A DNA stretch of 64,000 nucleotides from Candidatus Amunia macphersoniae (lineage in GTDB: Bacteria; Chloroflexota; Dormibacteria; Aeolococcales; Aeolococcaceae), in contig JAEKNN010000058.1 of NCBI GenBank assembly GCA_016464795.1, positions 966-64,965 of the forward strand, read 5' to 3'. Position 1 is the first letter of the stretch. Each line of letters begins with the position of its first letter. Under the pieces are notes generated by a model that made no database searches, was not told where the DNA came from, and worked only from the letters and a program-made list of their open reading frames with translations. This document shows positions 57,336 through 64,000 of this stretch, piece by piece. The translations under genes and the position numbers were made by a program.

Positions 57336-59075
57336 CTATCGCCGCCGCCGCCGCGTCGACCCCGGAGCCGTGGCCAGGATCTCGACAGCCTCGCCCCGCA
57401 ATTCCACGGCCCGGGCCAGGGCGGCGTCGGTCACCCGCCCCGACATCAACCGGGCGATCTCCGCCAGGCGCCGGTCACCATCGACTGGCTCGACCGATGC
57501 CACCGTCCCCACCGCAGTGTCGTGCTTGCGCACCAGCAGATGAGTCGTGGCCCGCGACGCGATCTCGGCGCGGTGCGTGACAGCGATCACCTGGCGCTGG
57601 GCTCCCGTGGCGGCGAGCAGGTCGCCGACGCGCGCTGCCGTCTCCCCACCGATACCGGTGTCGACCTCGTCGAGCACCAGCAGCGGCGAGGCGGCCTCGC
57701 TGACACATGCCGACAGAGCCAGCACCAGCCGCGACAGCTCTCCGCCCGACGGGCCCTCGTCGAGCGCGGCCGGAGCGTCGTTGCGGTTGGTGGCGAGGCG
57801 GAGCTCCACCTCGTCGACCCCCGCCGGCCCACATCGCACCATCGCCCCGCCGGCGTCGACCCCATCGGCATCGGCGCGCCGGTCCAGGATGACTCGGAGG
57901 CGCGCGTGGGGAAGCTCGAGGAGGTGGAGCGCCCTCTCCACGTCCGCCTCCAGCCGGCGCGCGCCCACCCGGCGGCGCTCCGACAGCTGCAGCGCCAGCT
58001 CCCCCGCCCGAGCTCGGGTGGCGATAACCGCCTGCTCAGCCGCCCCCAGCCGGGTTCCGCCATCCTCCCGGGCTCCCAGCAGGTCGCCGGCGGCGGCGAG
58101 CGCCTGCAGCGCCTGCTCGACCGAGCCGTGGCGGCGGCGCACCCGGGCGAGCGTGTCGAGGCGACCCTCGACGTCCGCCAGACGGCTCTCGTCGAGGCCG
58201 ATCGACTCGCCGTGGTGGCGGGCGGCGGCGCCCAGCTCGCGGAGCTGCCCGAGAAGCTGCGTGGCCTCCGCCGTGAGGGCGTCCAGACCCGCGTCGACCC
58301 CCTCGAGAACGCGCGCCCCGTCAACGGCGGCGGCCAGCAGGTCGGCCGCGCCAGCGGAATCGTCGTCACCAGCCGCAGCCCGCCGCAACCCCGCCGACGC
58401 CTGGGCAAGCGAGCCGGCGTTGCGCAGGCGAAGTCTCTCGATCGCCAGCTGCTCGTCCTCGCCGGCGACCAGGCGCAGATCGTCGAGGTCGCTCACCAGC
58501 TGGCGAGCCGCCTCGACCTCGGCGGCCCCGGCCGCCTGGCGGCGGCGCACCTCGTCGAGGCTGGCGGTGGCACTCCTCCATTCCGCAACCGCTCGCCGCA
58601 CCTGGTCACGGAGCTCGCCGGTCCCTGCCGCGAGATCGAGCAGATCGCGCTGGCGGCCGCGCTGGAGCAGCCTCTGGCTGGCTCCCTGCAGGGTCACCTC
58701 GGCAAGTGCCTCACCCACCTCACGAAGGACGGCCTGGGAGACCAAGGCCCCGTTGATCCGGCACCAGCCCCGCCCGGCCCGGCTGACCTCGCGGGTCAGC
58801 GTGGTCAGCTCATCCGCGGGAATCCCGATCGACCCCAGCCGCTCCCGCAGCGTCGGGGACGCGTCATCGAAGACAGCGCTCACCCGCGCCGCCTCGGCGC
58901 CGGCACGGACGGGCTCGCCCTCGGCCCGATCCCCGAGCGCCAGCCGCAGCGCGGTGATCCACACCGACTTGCCTGAGCCGGTCTCGCCGGTGAGCGCGGT
59001 GAAGCCGGGGGTCAGCGGAGCCAGGGCGTCGGCGAAGACAGCCACGTCCTGGATGCGTACCTCGACCAGGCTCAC
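57336..59075 (-). CDS. recN: DNA repair protein RecN
   Basis: The SMC-like N-terminal Walker A is LTGETGSGKS, and the C-terminal signature/Walker B is LLVLDEVDTGIGG. Confidence 0.92.
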   Translation of the reverse strand: MSLVEVRIQDVAVFADALAPLTPGFTALTGETGSGKSVWITALRLALGDRAEGEPVRAGAEAARVSAVFDDASPTLRERLGSIGIPADELTTLTREVSRAGRGWCRINGALVSQAVLREVGEALAEVTLQGASQRLLQRGRQRDLLDLAAGTGELRDQVRRAVAEWRSATASLDEVRRRQAAGAAEVEAARQLVSDLDDLRLVAGEDEQLAIERLRLRNAGSLAQASAGLRRAAAGDDDSAGAADLLAAAVDGARVLEGVDAGLDALTAEATQLLGQLRELGAAARHHGESIGLDESRLADVEGRLDTLARVRRRHGSVEQALQALAAAGDLLGAREDGGTRLGAAEQAVIATRARAGELALQLSERRRVGARRLEADVERALHLLELPHARLRVILDRRADADGVDAGGAMVRCGPAGVDEVELRLATNRNDAPAALDEGPSGGELSRLVLALSACVSEAASPLLVLDEVDTGIGGETAARVGDLLAATGAQRQVIAVTHRAEIASRATTHLLVRKHDTAVGTVASVEPVDGDRRLAEIARLMSGRVTDAALARAVELRGEAVEILATAPGSTRRRRR

Positions 59076-59977
59076 GGGCGCGCCTCGACCACCGCCGGGC
59101 CGGTGTCGGTGGCGTCCGGGGGCCGCCGCAGGCTGGGGCGTTCCAAGTCCTTGAGCGGAAGCCCGAAGCGCACCTTGTCGCGCAGCCGCCGCAGGAAGGA
59201 CGGCGAATCGTCGAAGCGCACGTAGGCGAGCTCCGGGCCGGGGCGAATCACCATCTCCGCGCCATCGCGCAGACGGGTCTCGGCGAGGCCATCGGCCGCC
59301 AGGTTGACCCGCCCGCGCTCGACGGTGACCCGCAGGGTGACCATCTCGGGCAGCACGATGGCCCGGCTGATCACCGCGTGAGGCGCCAGTGGCACGACCA
59401 CCACCGCCCGGACGCGGGGATCGATGGGCGGGCCGCCCGCGCTCAGGGCGTATGCGGTCGAACCGGTGGCGGTGGCCACCACCAGCCCGTCGGCGTCGAA
59501 CTCACCGAGAAGCTCACCGTCCTCCTCCACCCGGATGCGGGCGACCGACACTCCTCCGGATTTCACAGCCACCTCGTTGAGCGCCAGCGCCTGCCAGCGC
59601 GGCGTGTCGGAATCGCCAGGAACCGTCGCCTCCAGCATGGAGCGCCGCTGGGTGTGATATCTCCCGCCGGCGAAGGCATCCAGCGCCGCGGGAAGGTCGG
59701 CCACCTCGACGTCGGTGAGGAAGCCCAGCCGCCCCCGGTTGACCCCCATCACCGGGATGGCGCGCGGCGCGGCCAGGCGGGCGCCGAAGAGGAAGGTCCC
59801 GTCTCCTCCAATGGTCACCAGCAGGTCGGTATCGGCTGCATGTGCGGCCATCGTCGTCTCAGGTTCGCGAACCTCGACCCACACGTCGTAGCCGAGCTCG
59901 CGGGCGCGCTCGGCACCCGCCTCGACGGCGTGCTGCTCACCGGGGTGGAGCAGAAAGCCGATCTGGCGACGGCTCAC
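59072..59977 (-). CDS. nadK: NAD kinase
   Basis: GGDGT, NRGRLGFL and DGLVVATATGSTAYALSAGGP match NadK. The GTG at 59977 overlaps the tlyA TGA (GTGA). Confidence 0.88.
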   Translation of the reverse strand: MSRRQIGFLLHPGEQHAVEAGAERARELGYDVWVEVREPETTMAAHAADTDLLVTIGGDGTFLFGARLAAPRAIPVMGVNRGRLGFLTDVEVADLPAALDAFAGGRYHTQRRSMLEATVPGDSDTPRWQALALNEVAVKSGGVSVARIRVEEDGELLGEFDADGLVVATATGSTAYALSAGGPPIDPRVRAVVVVPLAPHAVISRAIVLPEMVTLRVTVERGRVNLAADGLAETRLRDGAEMVIRPGPELAYVRFDDSPSFLRRLRDKVRFGLPLKDLERPSLRRPPDATDTGPAVVEARP

Positions 59978-60729
59978 CGGGAGCTGCCCGCAAGCCGCAG
60001 ATGGACCAGCCATTCCTGATTGCCCTTGGCCCCGCGCACGCCCGCCGCCAGCGGTTCGCCGACCACCGCCGCCACCCCGGACTGGCCGGCCCAGCTGGCG
60101 AAGTCCGTAAGAGCCGCGGCCGTGTCCGCGGCATCACGCACCACCCCGCCACGACCGACGGCGCCGCGCGCCAGCTCGAACTGGGGCTTGAACAGCGCCA
60201 CCACCTCGGCACCCGGGGCCAGGGTCGCCAGATTGGCCAGCACGGACCGCAACGAGATGAACGACAGGTCGAGGGTGACCAGCGACGGTACCGGCCCGTC
60301 GAGGTGCTCCAGAGTGCGCACGTTGGTGCGGTCCAGGACCCGCACCCGGGGGTCGGCGGCAAGCCGCGCGTGCAGTTGACCGCGGCCGACGTCGACCGCG
60401 TACACCAGCGACGCGCCCCGCTGGATGAGGACGTCGGTGAAGCCGCCGGTGCTGGCGCCTGCGTCCAGGCACACCCGTCCAGAGCACCCGACGCCAAAGC
60501 CGTCGAGGGCGGCATCGAGCTTCAGCCCCCCGCGGCCTGCCCAGGGATGGTCGCGATCCGTGAGCCGGACCGCAGCCCGGGGGGTGACGGTCAGGGCGGC
60601 GCTGCCAGCGCGCACACCGTCCACCTCGACCAGGCCCGCGGCCACCAGCGCCTGAGCCCGCTGGGCGGTGTCGGCCAGGCCGCGATGCACCAGGAGCGCA
60701 TCGAGGCGGGTTCGCTGACGGGTGGTCAT
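59974..60729 (-). CDS. tlyA: TlyA 16S/23S rRNA (cytidine-2'-O)-methyltransferase
   Basis: It has an S4 domain and FtsJ-like motifs (…LDAGASTGGFTDVL…FKPQFE). It sits in the canonical tlyA-nadK-recN arrangement. Confidence 0.85.
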   Translation of the reverse strand: MTTRQRTRLDALLVHRGLADTAQRAQALVAAGLVEVDGVRAGSAALTVTPRAAVRLTDRDHPWAGRGGLKLDAALDGFGVGCSGRVCLDAGASTGGFTDVLIQRGASLVYAVDVGRGQLHARLAADPRVRVLDRTNVRTLEHLDGPVPSLVTLDLSFISLRSVLANLATLAPGAEVVALFKPQFELARGAVGRGGVVRDAADTAAALTDFASWAGQSGVAAVVGEPLAAGVRGAKGNQEWLVHLRLAGSSR

Positions 60730-60762
60730 CAGCTCATCCTACACAGAACAGAGTATCTGCGC

Positions 60763-61134
60763 TCAAAAAGGAATGTCGTCGGGGTCGACAGCCCGAGGAG
60801 CGGGCCCCCGTGCCGGTGCAGGCTCGTCTCCGAAGAGGCGCTGTTCGACACTACGCGCCCGGGCCACCGCCGGTCCTCGGGACGGCTCCACGCGCTCGGT
60901 GGGCGGGTGAAACGGGCGCTCCACCTCTCCCGCTGCGCCCACCACCAGCTGAGTGATCTTCTGTTCGGTCCTGTCGAGCAGCTGCGAGCAGTGGCGGGTC
61001 AGCGCCGCTCCGCGCTCGTAGGCGGTGATCGCCGCATCGAGCTCGACGTCGCCCCGTTCCAGCCGGGCGATGATCTCGTCGAGCTCGGCCAGCGCCGCCT
61101 CGTAGCTCAGGGTGGGCAGATCGTCAGCCATCAC
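60763..61134 (-). CDS. xseB: Exodeoxyribonuclease VII small subunit (with a C-terminal extension)
   Basis: LSYEAALAELDEIIARLERGDVELD… matches XseB. The ATG overlaps the xseA stop. Confidence 0.85.
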   Translation of the reverse strand: MMADDLPTLSYEAALAELDEIIARLERGDVELDAAITAYERGAALTRHCSQLLDRTEQKITQLVVGAAGEVERPFHPPTERVEPSRGPAVARARSVEQRLFGDEPAPARGPAPRAVDPDDIPF

Positions 61135-62552
61135 GCACGGTCCTCGTTGCTCGGTGGTGGTCCCGGCCGCTCATCGTACATTCGTTCGACCGGCGCCGCA
61201 TCGCTCGCTGCGGCGCCACCGTCCAGGACCTCGCTGCGCACGCTGCCCCCGGCCAGTCGCGTCCGCAGGACTGCCCCTGTAGCCACCATGGCCGCGCTGG
61301 TGACCAGCCGACCGCTGGCCTCGGCGACGGTGATCGAGTAGCCGCGCTCGAGCACACGCAGAGGAGAGAGCGCCTGGAGCCGGCCATGGGCGCCGTCCAG
61401 GCGACGGAGGCGGCCGTCGACGAGCCGCCGGACCTCAGCCCCCAGGCGTTCGCTGCGCCCGGCCAGCCGCGCCCGATGCAGCGGCAGCGCCTGCAGCGGC
61501 GAGTGCAGCGCCAGGCTGCCGCGCCGGCGCTCCAGACCACGATGTCGGGTCGCAACCCCGGTGAGAAGGGCGCTGCGCAGGCGCGCCTCGTGCCCCTGGA
61601 GGTCCTGACGCATGCGCGCCAGGCGCCACCCCGGTGAGAGCCGATCCAAGCTGGTGCTGCGCCGGCTTGCACGCTGACGCTTGTGGACGAGCTCGCTGCG
61701 AAGCGCCTCGCCGAGGCGGCGGTCCAGCGCCTCCAGTTGGGCGCGAAGCTGGCCACAACTGGGAACCGTCGTCTCCGCCGCGGCCGACGGCGTGGCCGAT
61801 CGGTGATCCGCGACCAGGTCGGCGATGGTCACGTCGGTCTCATGCCCGACACCTGTCACCACCGGCACCGGGCAGGCACGGATGGCCCGGGCGACTGCCT
61901 CGTCGTTGAAAGCCATCAGGTCCTCGAGCGAGCCTCCGCCGCGCACCAGGAGGACGACCTCGATCCCCCGCGCGCGCCCCGCGCGGCGCAACGCCGCCAC
62001 GATGGTGTCGGCGGCGCCGTCTCCCTGGACGGTGGCGGGCGAGAACACGACGTCCACGCAGGGAGCGCGGCGCCCCATCACCGTGATCACGTCATGCAGG
62101 GCTGCCCCGGTGCGCGAGGTCACCAGCGCCACCCGCCGTGGCAGCAGCGGCAGCGGACGCTTGAGCCGGGGATCGAGCAGCCCCTCGGCGGCGAGCGACC
62201 GCTTGCGCTGCTCGACGGCCAGTGCCAGAGCGCCGACCCCGCTGGGCTCGAGCCTGTCGACCAGCAGCTGGTAGCGGCCCTGCTGCGGGTAGACGCTGAC
62301 CACCCCGTGGGCGACCACTGTCATGCCGTTCTCGGGTGCGAAGGGGATGCGCAGCGCGTGGGTGCGGAAGCTCACGCAGGCGAGCGCGGCAGACCGATCC
62401 TTGAGGGTGAAGTAGACGTGCCCCGATGACGGGCGGGTCAGGTTGCTGATCTCCCCCTCGACGAGCACGTCCTCCAGCTCGGGGCGTGCCGCCAGCGCAT
62501 TGCCGACCACAGTGGTGAGATCAGAGACTGTGCATGCCGCGGGGTTGGTCAC
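61131..62552 (-). CDS. xseA: Exodeoxyribonuclease VII large subunit
   Basis: The OB fold and catalytic domain are present (…VALVTSRTGAALHDVI…LLVRGGGSLEDL…). Confidence 0.9.
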   Translation of the reverse strand: MTNPAACTVSDLTTVVGNALAARPELEDVLVEGEISNLTRPSSGHVYFTLKDRSAALACVSFRTHALRIPFAPENGMTVVAHGVVSVYPQQGRYQLLVDRLEPSGVGALALAVEQRKRSLAAEGLLDPRLKRPLPLLPRRVALVTSRTGAALHDVITVMGRRAPCVDVVFSPATVQGDGAADTIVAALRRAGRARGIEVVLLVRGGGSLEDLMAFNDEAVARAIRACPVPVVTGVGHETDVTIADLVADHRSATPSAAAETTVPSCGQLRAQLEALDRRLGEALRSELVHKRQRASRRSTSLDRLSPGWRLARMRQDLQGHEARLRSALLTGVATRHRGLERRRGSLALHSPLQALPLHRARLAGRSERLGAEVRRLVDGRLRRLDGAHGRLQALSPLRVLERGYSITVAEASGRLVTSAAMVATGAVLRTRLAGGSVRSEVLDGGAAASDAAPVERMYDERPGPPPSNEDRA

Positions 62553-62968
62553 ACCCGTTCTCTGGCGATGTGCCCGAGCACACCGTTCACGTACTGCACG
62601 GCGTCCTCTCCCGCATACGCACGGGTCAGCTCGAGCGACTCGTCGACGATCACCGCCACCGGGGTTCCGTCGCTCTCCATCAATTCGCAGGTTCCCAGTC
62701 GAAGCACCGCGCGCTCCACCTTGCCAACGTCGCCCAGCGACCAGCGGCTGGCCGCGGCCAGGGCGGCGTCGATGCGCTCGCGATTCTCCAGGCAGCCCAC
62801 CACCAGTCGGCGCGCAAAGGCGCGGATGTCGGTGGTGGCACCGACCTCGTCGGCCTGGTACGCCAGTGACACCTCAGCGTCCTTGTCGGTGCCCTCGAGC
62901 TCGAAGAGGACCCGCAGGGCGAGCTCACGGCCGCGCCGGCGGCGGCCACCCCCCGGGGCGCTGCTCAC
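62549..62968 (-). CDS. nusB: Transcription antitermination factor NusB
   Basis: RELALRVLFELE…NGVLGHI matches NusB, in conserved efp-nusB context. Confidence 0.88.
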   Translation of the reverse strand: MSSAPGGGRRRRGRELALRVLFELEGTDKDAEVSLAYQADEVGATTDIRAFARRLVVGCLENRERIDAALAAASRWSLGDVGKVERAVLRLGTCELMESDGTPVAVIVDESLELTRAYAGEDAVQYVNGVLGHIARERV

Positions 62969-63345
62969 GTGAACACGACCTCGCTGATGAACACGTTGAC
63001 GGCGGCCAGCGGCAGGCCGAGCATGCGTCGGATGGTCTCGCCGACCGACGCCTGAACCTCAGCCCCCACGGCGGCGACGTTGGTGCCGGCCTCCATCACG
63101 ATCCAGAGATCGATCAGCAGGCCGTCGTCGCGCAGCTCGACGCGCGCGCCTCGATGGGCGACGCGGCGACGGAGGATGCGGTCGATCGACTGCCCGCTGG
63201 GGCGGTACATGGCGTGCACCCCTCTGACCTGCAGGGCTGTCAGCGCCGCGATCCAGGCGACCACGTCGTTGGCCACCCGGGTGGCGCCGATGGCGCTGCG
63301 CTCGTCACCGCCGATCTCCATCGCCTCCGCCACCTCGCTCATCAC
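62965..63345 (-). CDS. Asp23/Gls24 family envelope-stress protein
   Basis: This 126-aa acidic protein has VANDVVAWIAALTALQVRGV…VNVFISEVVF. Confidence 0.75.
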   Translation of the reverse strand: MMSEVAEAMEIGGDERSAIGATRVANDVVAWIAALTALQVRGVHAMYRPSGQSIDRILRRRVAHRGARVELRDDGLLIDLWIVMEAGTNVAAVGAEVQASVGETIRRMLGLPLAAVNVFISEVVFT

Positions 63346-63899
63346 ACCCGCTCCACATACTTGGCGGTGCGCGTGTCGACGCGGATGCGCTCCCCCTGGT
63401 TGACGAACAGGGGGACGTCGACGACCAGGCCTGTCTCCACGGTGGCCGGCTTGAACGCCGCATTGGCCGTGTCGCCCTTGAAGCCCGGGTCGGTCTGGGT
63501 GACCGTCAGCTCGACCGAGGTGGGCAGGTCGATGCCCAGCACCTTGTCGTCGTAGGTGAGCAGAGAGAGGTTGTCGTTCTCCTTCAGGAAGCGGAAGGCA
63601 TCGCCCAGCTGGGCCCGGCTGAGCGGGAACTGATCGTAGGTGCTGGTGTCCATGAACATGTACTCGTCGCCATCCTGGTAGAGGAACTGCGCCTCGCTGC
63701 GCTCGATCCGGGCGCGCCCGAACTTCTCCTCGGGCCGGAACGTTTCCTCGGTGACGGCGCCGGTGTGCAGGTTCTTGAACTTCGCCCTCACGATGGCGGT
63801 GCCGCGACCCTGTTTGTTGTGCGCGAACTCGAGCACCTGGAGCAGCTCTCCCTGCCGCTCCACGGTGTTCCCCGGGCGAAGCTCGCCTGCATTGATCAT
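63342..63899 (-). CDS. efp: Elongation factor P
   Basis: …VRAKFKNLHTG… carries the conserved modification-site loop and three OB domains. Confidence 0.92.
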   Translation of the reverse strand: MINAGELRPGNTVERQGELLQVLEFAHNKQGRGTAIVRAKFKNLHTGAVTEETFRPEEKFGRARIERSEAQFLYQDGDEYMFMDTSTYDQFPLSRAQLGDAFRFLKENDNLSLLTYDDKVLGIDLPTSVELTVTQTDPGFKGDTANAAFKPATVETGLVVDVPLFVNQGERIRVDTRTAKYVERV

Positions 63900-64000
63900 T
63901 TCGATGGCTCCGTTGTGTTGCCGCCGACGAGCTGCACCGCCGTCCGCAGCGCCAGCCCGTAGCCGCTGGCCCCCGCTCCCGTGATGACGGCGGCGGCGGC
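63896..64000 (-). CDS. aroQ: C-terminal fragment of the upstream gene; probably type II 3-dehydroquinate dehydratase
   Basis: The open frame reads …AAAAVITGAGASGYGLALRTAVQLVGGNTTEPSK*, with the GxGxxGYxLAL motif typical of the AroQ C-terminus. Its stop overlaps the efp ATG (ATGA). Only ~35 codons are visible. Confidence 0.45.
   Translation of the reverse strand, partial: AAAAVITGAGASGYGLALRTAVQLVGGNTTEPSK

Noticed and set aside
1-64000. CRISPR arrays, rRNA genes, additional tRNAs
   Set aside because: No tandem direct repeats with spacers, no rRNA-like conserved blocks, and no further GGTTCGAATCC/T-loop signatures were seen on either strand.

Overview
This 64 kb window comes from a high-GC (~70%) genome with Gram-positive/actinobacterial-like gene order and about 90% coding density. 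Nearly all conserved housekeeping genes lie on the minus strand in long, translationally coupled operons. Start/stop overlaps of the GTGA and ATGA type are pervasive. The minus-strand operons are: rpsO-pnp; ribF-truB-nrnA-rbfA-infB-ylxR-nusA-rimP; secDF-tgt-queA-ruvCAB-yebC; thrS-(tlyA paralog)-infC-rpmI-rplT-pheST; and metG-tatD-rsmA, rsmI-nadE, dinG(exo), plsC-cmk-rluB-scpAB-recN-nadK-tlyA, then xseAB-nusB-asp23-efp-aroQ. One tRNA-Val(GAC) is present. The conserved backbone is interrupted by an accessory island of about 15 kb (roughly 19.9–35.1 kb) whose composition is heterogeneous. It carries an intact IS630-family transposase, a 1 kb low-GC non-coding segment, and several disrupted genes. 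These are a 5'-truncated RBBP9/YdeN hydrolase, a DinB/DUF664 gene with an in-frame TGA, and a Clp_N-domain gene with a 1-nt insertion. The island also holds small-molecule-modifying enzymes (SAM-dependent methyltransferase+GNAT, two divergent HIT paralogs, HD-domain protein, haloalkane dehalogenase) and an ECF sigma factor with a YciI-like partner. A second small island (2.7–5.0 kb) encodes a lipoprotein and a frameshifted secreted Gly/Pro-rich protein and has a sharp GC drop. Notable core-gene findings are a SecDF fusion, a short-form IF-2, infC with a probable ATC start and a long Ala/Pro/Lys tail, and ThrS without a TGS domain. There are also two TlyA paralogs, a split overlapping C-N hydrolase / NH3-type NadE pair, and a DinG with an N-terminal exonuclease domain. 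No CRISPR array and no rRNA were seen. All calls rest on reading the six-frame translations and motifs; no database searches were run.
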